A stretch of DNA of 64,000 nt from Takakia lepidozioides (taxonomy: Eukaryota > Plantae > Bryophyta). Made by a program: the position numbers and the translations under genes. This document shows, piece by piece, positions 50,581 to 61,954 of this stretch (its first letter is position 1; the number at the start of each line of letters is the position of its first letter). Under the pieces are notes generated by a model that worked only from the letters and a program-made list of their open reading frames with translations, searched no databases and was not told the origin of the DNA. Location of the stretch: assembly GCA_030704615.1 (NCBI GenBank), contig CM060733.1, forward strand, positions 63,488,001 to 63,552,000. The letters run 5' to 3'.

Positions 50581-53520
50581 TCACCAGTAATCCCCACAGG
50601 AACAAACCCCATCGTGGAAGTGGTGAAATCTGTTGGAATCCCGTACAACAACTTCTCGCCCAACAATCTTCGAGATGAACTTTGTGGCCGTGTGGCAGTC
50701 ACCACACACGCGGAGGTTCTTGATGACCTGGATAGGCACCCCAGGGGGAGTGCTGATCAGCCCAAAGGCAATGGCCAGCTTCTCACTGTGGTGGCAAAGC
50801 GAAAATTCCTTTTGCTCCTCCTCCACATCATGCAATACAAAGCGTGTGTCACGCACATAACCAGCCTCCTTCATCTCCCAAGCCAATCTCTTCAGCTCCA
50901 CATGGATTTCCTCAATTTGCGGATGCAATTGTCTTCTACAGTGAATGTATGAACTTGGTTGTTGACCTCAATGCAGCTGCGCCCTGGTTCCTTTCTGACA
51001 CCTCTGTCCTCCATCAGTTTTCTCACCTCGGCTTGATCGTGCCACCTGCCCGCCGCAGCATAGATGTTCGATAGCAGCACATAAATTGAAGCCTGCTGTG
51101 GATCCCACTTGAGGAGGCATTTTGCTGCATATTCTGCGAGCTCCACATCACCATGAATCCTGCAGGCACTGAGCAAAGCACCCCACACCGAAGCACCTGG
51201 TTCGACGGGCATATTTCTAATGAAATCCTTTGCATCATCCAATAGCCCTGCACGGCCAAGAAGGTCTACCATGCAGCCAAAATGCTCCACTGTAGGAGCG
51301 AGGCCATGATCTGGACTGATGGAATCAAAATAGTGTCGGCCTTCGACCACTAGGCCCACATGGCTACATGCAGACAGGACAGATGTATAAGTGAAGCTGT
51401 CCGGCCTCAAGCCTTCCTGTTGCATTTGTTCGAATAGTTGGAGGGCCTCCCTAGCACACCCATGCTGACCATATCCTGCAATCATGGTGTTCCATGAGAC
51501 CACATTCCGTTGAGCCATATTGTCAAACACTTGACGCGCATCCTGTACGCTTCCACATTTGGCATACATATCAACAAGGGCAGTCTCCAGAATGGTGTCT
51601 GGGTCAACTCTACTTTTGCTGATGTCAGCATGGACCTGTTTGCCCTTCTCCAGTGCTACTAGGCCGGCACACGCACTGAGAACGCAACCGAACGTCACTT
51701 TGTCGGGTGTCAACCCATCCTGTTGCATTTGCTCATAGATCTCCAGAGATTCCCAACCACGCCCATGCTTGGCATACCCTGCAATCATGACATTCCATGA
51801 GACCACATCTCGTTGAGACATTCTGTCAAAAACTTGATGTGCATCCTTTATGCTCCCACATTTGGCATACATGTCCAAAAGGGTATTTTGAAGATTGATG
51901 TCTTGCATAATGCCAGTTTTGCTGATGTCAGCATGGATCTCTTTGCCCTTTTCTAGGGCTCCTAGGCGAGCACACGCATTAAGAATGCAAATGAATGTGA
52001 CTTTATCGGGTGTCACCCCTTCCTCTATCATTTCCTCATAGATCTCAAAAGCCTCCATACCACACCCCTGCTGAGCATATCCTGCAATCATGGCATTCCA
52101 TGAGACTACATCTTGTTGAGACATGCTGTTGAACACTTGACGTGCATTCTTTACGCTCCCACATTTGGCATACATGTCAGCAAGCGCTGTCTCAAGAACG
52201 ATATCTGGTGAAATTCCAGCTTTGATGATGTCAGAATGGACCTCTTTCCCCCTCTCTAGGGCTCCTAGGCTGGTACATGCATTGAGAACACAAATAAATG
52301 TGACTGTGTTGGGCATCAACCCTTCTTGTAGCATTTGCTTGTAGATCTCAAAAGCCTCCCGACCACACCCATGTTGAGCATATCCTGTGATCATGGCATT
52401 CCAAGAAACCACATTTCGATTAGCCATATTGTTGAACACTTTGCGTGCATCCTTAATGCTACCGCATTTGGCATACATGTTGACAAGAGCTGTCTCCAAA
52501 ATAACCTCTGGCGCAATTCCAGCTTTGATGATGTCACAATGGATCTGCTTGCCCTTTCCCAGGGCTCTCAGGCTGGCACACGCATTCAGAATGGAAATGA
52601 ACGTGACCTTGTCCAGCATCACCCCTTCCTGTTGCATTTGATTGTAGATTCGTAAAGCTTCCCTACCACACCCATGCTTAGCATATCCTCCTATCATTAT
52701 ATTCCAGGTAAACAAGTTTCGTTCTGGCATTTCCTCAAACACTTGGTGTGCATCCACCAAGCTTCCACACTTGGCGTACATATTCACAAGGGTGTTGAGT
52801 AGGAAGATGTTTGGCTTGACTCCACTTTGGATAATGTGGGTATGCACCTGCTTTCCCTCCCCTAGGCATTTCCTCTTGATGCACTCCTGCAAGATATGGA
52901 CATAGGTATCCGAGTCTACCTGAATGCCTGGTTGGTTCAAAATGTGGAGCACTTCCTTCAGTCCTCCTGCCTTACATAGTTCCCTCAGATCCCCGTAGGT
53001 GCCAGAAGAATTCCTGTTGACTCCCGCTCTTGTTGCTCCTTCAAAAGCATTGACGGAGAAGGTGCTACTCTTGCCGCCAGTCTGATGTCCAACAAATACC
53101 TGAGTCTGCTTCGACTCTGTCATCCTACCTGCCGCAGGCAGGTATCGTCTCGCACAATTTAAGGGTTCCAACAATGGATTTAATTTTTCAGCTACCTCTC
53201 GCTTCACCCAAGGACGATTCAACCAAACCTCCATCGAAAGGCCCTCCTTTGTGTGCTTATGTCTGAAGTCTGGTGATCTCGGACTTTTCTGTAAGACCAG
53301 CATGTTGAGTGGGAACCCTTAAGTCATCAGCAACACAATACCTGTTCAACTTTTGGCCTGGAGCTCCAAGCTGTACATCCACATAAAAACAATCGCCAAA
53401 TGCCCGACCGTGTATCATGGCAGCTACCTCTCCCTGCACCCAAGGAGGATTCAACCAACCCTCCATCCAAAGGACCTCCTTTATGTGGTTCTGTCTGAGG
53501 TATGGTGATCTTGGAATTTT
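50581..53520 (-). pseudogene. PLS-class PPR-DYW gene C with a 1-nt deletion early in the DYW domain (pseudogene, E+-type allele or assembly error); N-terminal PDF half-motifs
   Basis: Exon from 53288: KSPRSPDFRHKHTKEGL..., L-S + 4x(P1L1S1) + P2L2S2, E1/E2, [23 protein letters not shown] at ~50929 versus GAAGACAAATTGCAT in gene D. The intact HSEKLA/CGDCH/DYW continues in another frame (50928-50581). A second PDF half-exon starts at 53520. Confidence 0.85.
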
Positions 53521-54586
53521 CTGTAAAACCACCAGTAGGAAGCTGACTTTGAACTTTTGATTTCTTCAACTTTGAACATGCTCAAACAACATGTGCTCTT
53601 CAACACGGAAGTGCCAGTCTGTTTGATTGCTTGTCACCTGTGCCATTAGCTTGCAGCAAACTCAAGCCCTGTGAGATAATAATCCTTGAAAATGACACTG
53701 CTTGAACAACACAAGATGAAGCCACCAGCATGAAGGACGGATTGTCAACCAACGGACACCCCAAAAAAGCTTGTGAGCCATGCCTGCACTACCCCTCTTC
53801 TAGTGTACAATCCAAAGTAGAATATAGCAGCTTGGGAAGACAAGGTTGAGTAGCAAAAAACTCATGGCTGTCGTCTACCTCTCGCAAAGCTCTCACCGTA
53901 GCTTACCAGCTTTCCCGATATCACACTATGGTGATTTTCATTTCGTTATATTACATGCCTGCGAATGAAAAAAAAATGTGGACGCGTTGCTGAAGCAAGT
54001 GTAAATTATGGTGTCACTTGACCCCTAAGGGCTATCGGGAATGTGCACACCGTTGTGACATCCAACATGTGGTTTGGTTGTCCTGTGGACAATGATTGTT
54101 GGCTCAAGGCCCGTGAATCTCCAGATTCTACGCATTTCCTTTATTCTACAGAATGAATGGGAGCAGCATAACATTCTAGACTCTCATATTAGTCTAGACT
54201 CTCTGGAGTGTGTCAAGTGATGGTTGATGGGGACGAGGCCTTCACAGTATGCGGCAGATTCATGGGCCAGGCTGTGAAGCTGAAATGGAGTTGCAGCTTG
54301 GTAATGCTGGGTCCAAGACGCTTGCAAGTGATGTCTATGACCCCTCCCAAGCCTGGAAGAAAACAGAAGAAAGGTATAGGCATCTAACTCTTTGCGTGTT
54401 TTTGTTACGTCTTCTAAATTCTCTTTCTCCCATCTTTTGGTGAATGGCCAGCCACATCACCAACACTGCCCACTACCATAGCAAATGAATAGGAGTATTC
54501 CAGTTCCGTGCTCAGAGTTGTGGACACCCAGAACACCTATCTGGTAGGCAAGCTAGTGCACTGCCCTCATAACCATACATAGAGAA

Positions 54587-54960
54587 CGTACTCATAAGAT
54601 GTTGTTCGCCGTAGCCTTGTGGCCATAGACCCCGCACACAGTTTTTGCGGAACTAAAGGGAACAGACACTTCCTTTGTGAGGGGCTCACCCTGGTAGTGG
54701 GACTTACCATAGTATAGACAATTAGTTCGGGCTTTCCAGATATCCTCTAGAAAGCCCTTCACACATGCATCAACCTGATGTGTGTGATCTGCCCGGCAAT
54801 TAGACCCCAACAGGGCCATGACTTTAGGCTCCGCCTCAAAATTTGCAAAGTTGGTGAACAGAGGTGCAGGGACAATGTTCTTGATGTTCCTGAAGAGAGT
54901 CACTCTCTGGTGAGAATCCCAGACAATGTACCAGAAAATGGATACTGTCTTCAGGCTGCC
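54587..54960 (-). mobile_element. LINE 3' fragment (same family as 49935-50340)
   Basis: PLFTNFANFEAEPK...VDACVKGFLEDIWKAR...GHKATANNIL*. Confidence 0.7.
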
Positions 54961-55963
54961 CGCACATCGAGCAATTACTATCTCCTTGTCCTCTCTGCAT
55001 CTGTGTATTGTTCAAGGGTAGGCTTCCCGCCCTGAGTTTAAATTTCAGTCTAATGCTGAGGGTAGGTAGGCTTTTCAGAGGTCCTCACCCAGTCTGGAAA
55101 GTTTTATGCCCAACTTCATTTCCATCAAACAGTCTTGGGGCATCTGACATGGCCTTAGACACTGCAAACTCCAGGTCAGCTTCATCTAGCAATGTGTATC
55201 CATCATTCCCAATGACTTAGAATCCTGGATCTACACTGCTCAAGACGGATTACAGCACTGGCCGTCAGTCTATAGTGACCAGATGAAAGAGTGAACTTCA
55301 AATGCTTGTGGGTTCTCTTGGAACCTCAGACGGATTGGATTTCTGTGGGCTGTGCATAGGCCATGTCGTAACTCTCACCCTACAGAGAGACCTGGTGTTA
55401 TTTCCCCAAGTTAGTGTATCCCAGAGGGTGTATGGCTGCAAGCAAGCAAGGAATGCAATGAACTACCTTTCTCTGTCTCTCAAGATGCATGATGGGGCTG
55501 GTGTAATTGCAGGTTGGGACCACGTCATCATCAGCTGTGGATGGGCAACATTGCTAAGGTATGTCATGTTTCTTTTCAATGAAATACTTATTCACTAAGT
55601 TGCTGCAGTTCAAACTGCTAGGGAATCACCATCCATTAACCCATGCCATAAGCTGAGATACTCGAAAACACTTCCCTTCTTTCCTATTATGTCTGATGCA
55701 CGGTGTTGCAGTGAAATGCTGTGTCAAAGCCTTGAGGGAGCTCCTCAAGTCACTTGACACGAGATAGAATGCACATACTTGTTCAATCCGACAATGAAAC
55801 CAATGGATGCCATGATATGCGACAGGATCTCTTGGGTTTCACACATTGAGCCTCTCCTCCTCTATCTATTGCAAGTTGATATAATCTGCTTACCGCATCC
55901 CTTTGGCCATTTTATAGCTTTCTCCTCAATCCTGACAGACTTCGATACTGATCTGTGGGATGG

Positions 55964-56486
55964 TATTGGGATGTGGTTCCTTGTCGATGCAGCATTTGCA
56001 GGAAATGCATGCATCTGCCCAGAGTTTCGGCACCATCTGAACGGCATAGAGAAGGCTGACCCATACGACATGAATCCATACAAGTGGATGCTCACCAACT
56101 TTGATTGCTCCACACTGTGGGTCAAGGTGTATCTCAATCACCTTGCCTGAACACATTACCTGTACTCCTTGCTCCTCTTTTTGGCCCTTCCCATGCATGT
56201 GTATGCCATCACCTCGAATTGTAAGTCCAGTGACCATAATTCTGCTGCACTGTTATCATGCAGTTCCCTTCATCCTCTGCTTGTCCACAGCATCTGGCCT
56301 GCCTTCTGCCTGTCAATTTGGCAGAATCCAGTGACAACATTTCAAGATCCAATAGTCAGTAGCTTTTGCTTAGGTTACACTTTTGTTTATCCATCCAGCA
56401 AAAGACGTTCTGATATCCATCCATTGCAGGGCTCAAGTCTGCTCGTGTCAGCTCTCTCTACCAACCCAGAGTTTTTGTGGAATAAG
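55964..56486 (+). pseudogene. Two-exon fragment of an aromatic L-amino acid (tyrosine/DOPA) decarboxylase gene
   Basis: [53 protein letters not shown]|GT (ends 56126) and AG|GSSLLVSALSTNPEFLWNK|GT (56430-56486). The canonical HVDAA and PHKW histidines are substituted. No other exons seen. Confidence 0.85.
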
Positions 56487-57129
56487 GTATGCATGGTGGG
56501 GTGTCTTTCTCCTCCATTCCTGCTGCATCACCTCCTTCAAACGTTAACAGTACACTTCCTTTTGCACAGCTTTTGTGGATTTCCTTTTGCCTCCTGAGTG
56601 CTAGCCGATATTATGGCTGAGTTTTCTGGTTACTTCCAGAAAATGGCATAAACTCAACACGGAGATTCTATAATGGTATATGCCCATGAATTTGAGCATA
56701 GTAATATATGTGATCTACACCCGCTGTCGGGAGCTGATGAGTTGGTGGGGTGTGATAGCAGCTTTTCACTGAATGTTAAGACTGCACTCTCTATGTTGCA
56801 CTAGTTGTAAGTTTGAACTTGGATCAGCAATAAACGTCTTGGGTTACCTTCTTAGGTCGATATGGAGTTTTTACTCAATACTTACATAGATGAACTTTGT
56901 GGATGTGCGATGGTACACCTTTGCTACATGGCATTTTGATGCAGTTAGATGTAATGATAACCCTTCTCCTTGTCATGACAAAAAGCAGCAAAGGGAATCT
57001 AATTGTTGCCATCTGTACATCGTTCCCTGTGATCTGGAAGATGCTGGGAGCTTGCTGGGTGTAGCCTGGTCCAATTGAGACGATCGGTGAAGCTATAGCT
57101 TGTCAGCTGCCCACTGGTGGTTTCTGCAG

Positions 57130-60108
57130 AGAAGTCCAAGATTACCAGACTTCAGACATGCATGCAGAAAGAAGGCCCTTTGGATCGAGGGTTGGTTGAA
57201 ACCTCCTTGGGCGGATGCAGAGCCAGCTGCCAGGATACTAGATCGATCACAATCTGGTTATGTTCCACATTATGGTCAAAGGACAGAGTCTGGGAAGACA
57301 CATGCTGTGGACACATTTAAGTCTCACCTGCAATTTGCCTGCCTTAAAAGACCAACAAAAGGAGCCAACATCAACTGTTCTGGGACTTGTGGGGATGTGA
57401 GGACACTATGTAAGGCAGGACGACTGAAGGAGGCTCTGCACATTTTGATCCAAGGAGGCATTCAAGCAGATTCAAGTACTTATGTCTGGGTGTTGCAGGA
57501 GTGCATCAACATTCGAGGCCTAGTAGAAGGAAAGCTGGTGCACGCCCACATCATTCAAAGTGGATTCAAGGCAAACACCTATCTACTTAACACCCTTGTC
57601 AACATGTATGCCAAATGTGGGAGCGTGGTGGATGCACGTCAACTGTTTGACAAAATGACTGAACGAGATCTATACACATGGAACATGATGATAGCAGGAT
57701 ATGCCAAACATCGGTGTGGTAGGGAGGCTCTACATATCTATGAGCAACTGATACAAGAAGGGGTGAAGCCAAACAGGGTCACACTAATCTGTGTTCTTAA
57801 GGCATGTGCCAGCTTAGCAGTCCTGGAAGAGGGCGTAGTGGTCCATGCTGACATCATCAAATCTGGAATTGCGCCAGATATCACTTTGGAGACTGCCCTT
57901 GTTAACATGTATGCGAAATGTGGGAGCATAAGTCATGCACGTCAAGTGTTTGACAAAATGGCTGAACGAAATGTGGTCTCATGGAATGCCATGATAGCTG
58001 GATATGCTCAGCATGCGGGTGGTAGGCAGGCTTTAAAGATCTATAGACGAATGATACAGGAAGGGGTGATGCCTGACAGGGTGACATTCATTTGTGTTCT
58101 CAATGCCTGCGCCAGCTTGGCAGTTCTTGAAAAGGGGGCGGAGGTCCATGCTGACTTTATCAAGGCTGCAATTCCACCAGATACCATTGTGGATAATGCG
58201 CTTGTTGACATGTATGCCAGATGTGGGAGCATAAGGAGGGCTCGTGAAGTGTTCGACAATATGTTTCAACGAGATGTTGTCTCATGGAACACCATGATAT
58301 CAGGATATGGTCTGCATGGGTGTGGCAGCGAGGCTATAAAAATCTATGATCAGATGTTACGGGAAGGACAGGGGCCGGACAAGGTCACCTTCATTTGCAT
58401 GCTGAATGTATGTGCCAGTCTGGCAGCCCTTGAACGGGGCGTAGAGGTACATGCTGACATCGTGAAAGCTCGAATATTGCCAGATATCATTCTGGAGAAT
58501 GCCCTTGTGGACATGTATGCCAAAGGCGGGAGCATGAAGGATGCGCGTCATGTGTTTGACAATATGGCTCAACAGGATGTGGTCTCGTGGAGTGCAATAA
58601 TAGCTGGATATGGTCAACATGGGTGTGGTGGGGAGGCTTTGGAGATCTACGAGAAGATGAAAGGGGAGGAGGTGATGCCTGACAGGGTCACATTCATTTG
58701 TGTGCTCAATGCATGTGCCAGCCTGGTAGCCCTAGAGAAGGGCATTGAGGTCCATGCTGATATGATCAAAGCTGGAATTGGGCCAGATATGGTTCTGGAG
58801 AATACTCTCGTTGATATGTATGCCAAATGTGGGAGTATAATGCATGCACGTCGAGTGTTTGACAACATGGCTCAACGAAATGTGACCTCATGGAATGTAA
58901 TGATAGCAGGATATGGTCAGCGTGGGTGTGGTACAGAGGCTTTGGAGATCTACAAGCAAATGATACAGGAAGGCCTTACGCCTGATATGGTCACATTCAT
59001 TTGCGTTCTCAATGCGTGTGCCAGCCTGGCTGCCCTGGAAAAGGGCATAGAGGTGCATGCTGATATCATCAAAGCTGCAATTGGGCCAGATATCATTCTG
59101 GAGACTGCCCTTGCTGACATGTATGCCAAATGCGGGAGGATGAAGGATGCACATCAAGTGTTTGACCAGATGGCACAAAGAAATGCAGTCTCTTGGAATG
59201 CAATGATTGGAGGCTATGCTCAGCAGGGGTGTGGTAGGGAGGCCCTTCACCTATTTGAAGAAATGCAACAAAAAGGCTTCAAGCCGGACGGTGTTACCTT
59301 TATTTGTCTTCTCTCTGCCTGTAGCCATGCAGGCCTAGTGGATGAAGGCCATCGCTACTTCGCTTCTATGTGTAGTGATCATGGCTTCACTCCTACAATG
59401 GAGCATTTTGGCTGCATGGTGGACCTTCTTGGCCGTGCAGGGCGATTAGATGAAGCAGAGAGCTTCATTGACAACATGCCAATTGAACCAGGTGCTGTGG
59501 TGTGGGGGGCCTTGCTTGGTGCCTGCAGAATTCATGGCGATGTGGAGCTAGCTGAGCGTGCAGCAAAATGCCTTCTCAAATTGGATCCACAGAATTCTTC
59601 CACGTACGTGCTACTATCAAACATCTTTGCTGCAGCAGGCAGATGGGACGAGCAAGCGAATGTGAGAAAAATGATGCAGGACAGAGGTATCAGAAAGGAA
59701 CCAGGACGCAGCTGGATTAAGGTGGACAACAAGGTGCATGCATTTGTTGTAGAAGACAAATTGCATCCACAAATTGAGGAAATCCATACTGAGTTGAAGA
59801 GATTGTCTAGGCAGATGAAGGAGGTCGGGTATGCTCCTGACACACGATTTGTATTGCATGATGTGGATGAGGAGCAAAAGGAGTTTTCTCTTTGCTGCCA
59901 CAGTGAGAAGCTGGCCATTGCTTTTGGGCTGATCAGCACACCCTCTGGAATGCCTATTCGCGTCATCAAAAACCTCCGGGTGTGTGGTGACTGCCACACA
60001 GCCACCAAATTTATCTCAAAGATTGTTAAGCGTCTGGTTGTTGTACGGGATGCCAACCGATTTCACCACTTCCAAGATGGGGTTTGTTCCTGTGGAGATT
60101 ACTGGTGA
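57130..60108 (+). CDS. PLS-class PPR-E1-E2-DYW C-to-U RNA editing factor with an N-terminal PDF half-motif (gene D); upstream exon(s) not located
   Basis: Acceptor CTGCAG|RSPRLPDFRHACRKKALWIEGWLKPPWA. L-S + 5x(P1L1S1) + P2L2S2, E1/E2, KEPGRSWI, HSEKLA, CGDCH, DYW. Uninterrupted frame. Confidence 0.93.
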   Translation, partial: RSPRLPDFRHACRKKALWIEGWLKPPWADAEPAARILDRSQSGYVPHYGQRTESGKTHAVDTFKSHLQFACLKRPTKGANINCSGTCGDVRTLCKAGRLKEALHILIQGGIQADSSTYVWVLQECINIRGLVEGKLVHAHIIQSGFKANTYLLNTLVNMYAKCGSVVDARQLFDKMTERDLYTWNMMIAGYAKHRCGREALHIYEQLIQEGVKPNRVTLICVLKACASLAVLEEGVVVHADIIKSGIAPDITLETALVNMYAKCGSISHARQVFDKMAERNVVSWNAMIAGYAQHAGGRQALKIYRRMIQEGVMPDRVTFICVLNACASLAVLEKGAEVHADFIKAAIPPDTIVDNALVDMYARCGSIRRAREVFDNMFQRDVVSWNTMISGYGLHGCGSEAIKIYDQMLREGQGPDKVTFICMLNVCASLAALERGVEVHADIVKARILPDIILENALVDMYAKGGSMKDARHVFDNMAQQDVVSWSAIIAGYGQHGCGGEALEIYEKMKGEEVMPDRVTFICVLNACASLVALEKGIEVHADMIKAGIGPDMVLENTLVDMYAKCGSIMHARRVFDNMAQRNVTSWNVMIAGYGQRGCGTEALEIYKQMIQEGLTPDMVTFICVLNACASLAALEKGIEVHADIIKAAIGPDIILETALADMYAKCGRMKDAHQVFDQMAQRNAVSWNAMIGGYAQQGCGREALHLFEEMQQKGFKPDGVTFICLLSACSHAGLVDEGHRYFASMCSDHGFTPTMEHFGCMVDLLGRAGRLDEAESFIDNMPIEPGAVVWGALLGACRIHGDVELAERAAKCLLKLDPQNSSTYVLLSNIFAAAGRWDEQANVRKMMQDRGIRKEPGRSWIKVDNKVHAFVVEDKLHPQIEEIHTELKRLSRQMKEVGYAPDTRFVLHDVDEEQKEFSLCCHSEKLAIAFGLISTPSGMPIRVIKNLRVCGDCHTATKFISKIVKRLVVVRDANRFHHFQDGVCSCGDYW

Positions 60109-60949
60109 AACAAGTGACATGCACGAAAGAAAGTGCGTCACTTCAACGGTGCGGTGGACTTGACATTAATTTTATAACTGGAGAGCTGAAAAAATTATCT
60201 GTGGCTACTGGGAGTACTGCACTGTCAATAGGATCGTTGCAAAGCTGTTCACTGTAAATTGAAAAGGGTGGAAATTGAAAGGTGTGCACAAAAAGGTTAT
60301 ACATGGACTTCCCCAAACAGGTCTATGAAGACTGGTTGGGGAACAATTCATATTACGACACACGGTGACAACTATCCCTTCTGCATGCAATGAGCTTGAT
60401 AGGCTTTATACTTGATTGGTGTTGACAGAGTTGCAAACATATGAGTTTGTGGTTTGCTACTGGCCCTCAATCAACCATCACGCCTCTTGTATTCAGGTCA
60501 GCCACTCTTAATCTGCCAAGCAACATGATGTTGAGTTGGGGTACAGTGGGTAAAGGCCACCATACTTGTGCCAATCTTGCCATTTTCTTATTCAAACAGA
60601 GGTAGGGTAAAACACCCTATGACCGTTATAGTTCCTATGACCATTCACCTCATAATTGCTTGGGTCAGGCCTGCATGAGCGACCGTTGCTGGGCCCAAGA
60701 CTGCTCATTTTTGCCACTTGGCAAACAGTTGTTTGATAGAACCCCAAGAAATATGAGTGGTCATAGGGCTCAAACTTCACACAAGCATTCGGATTGGTTC
60801 AACTTTGAAACCCCATAACTTTGTGTGGATTTCATGAAATCATGCATTTCCAAATGTGTTGGGATACCCCAGATGTGGGGCATGTTATCAATTATCCGGG
60901 GTAAAAACGACAAAAATTCACCGGTAGATCTTCCGCCATCTTTAGATGA

Positions 60950-61300
60950 ACGGTCATAGGGTGTTCTACCCTACAGTGTCCACCCTCCAAAATGAGGGCA
61001 GTAGCCCTTCGGGTAAAGTGATACCATAAGTTATGCCTGCTTCGGCAAGAATCTCCCTTTTTGGTCCAGCATACAAAAAATAGATCACTTGTATAAAAAG
61101 TTGTCAAAGTATCGTCGCGGCCGGCCTCTTGGTCTGTTTAACCCCATGTCTACAAGTCCTTTTGTTGCATGTAGGACTGCCTGTCCAATAGTGCGAGCGT
61201 AGACAATGGACTTGAAATTGGCAATATGCTTTTCAGTGACTTTATTCTTTTCTCCACGAAGTGTACCTCCTCTTCCAATGACGTTTTTGATCAATTCACA
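60950..61300 (-). mobile_element. Possible piggyBac-type transposase remnant
   Basis: Across frameshifts in T-runs the minus strand reads RYFDNF-YTSDLF..MLDQKG, resembling the PGBD DNxY/FTS catalytic motif. Very degenerate. Confidence 0.3.
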
Positions 61301-61954
61301 ACAGTACCTGGTTGAGGGTTTAAATTAGAAGACATCCCACAAAGGTTTGTTGAGAAAAACAAGGGTTACAAACTATGCTGGTTTTCCAACATCCAACAAA
61401 CGGCCCAATGGTTAGGGCACATAGACCGTCATACAAGTGGTAGTGGCTTCAAAGCCACATAGGTGTATGTTGGATGTCACCAATTATAGCCAACAACTAT
61501 AAAAGGGGGTCCCGGGTCAACCGGTCACTTGATGTGTGGGTACATGAGGACTTTCTAGTCCTTGGGAGGTTTGGGCAACTGCGTTGCCCCGGTTACGGCC
61601 ATTAGAAGGTGTCCACCTTCCAATGGAATACAGTTGCTCTTTAAGGTGTCCACCTTACAAACGGAAGGTAGTAGCTTTTTGGGGTGAAGTGTTGCGCCTG
61701 CTGCTTCGGCAGGAGTCTTCCTCTCTCTATAATGGTTTCCCAATGGAAGGGCAACCAAATCTTGTGCTCTTGCCCTCTCTTCTTGCTTGTCTTTATGGTA
61801 CCTACTTCCAGCACTTCAACACATGTATAAATTAAACTTAAAAAAAGCACCCAATCAAATTAACCTATCCTCATTTATAGTGATGAGCTTGTCACAAAAC
61901 TAAGCAAAGATCTGACCTAACTTACTCAACAGACAAGCAGTGCAGAAAGGAAAT

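Noticed and set aside
54330-54375. YDPSQAWKKTEER|GT as the missing first-half PDF exon of gene D
   Set aside because: Only DPSQ matches, the WWDNR core is absent and the donor is phase 2, not phase 0.
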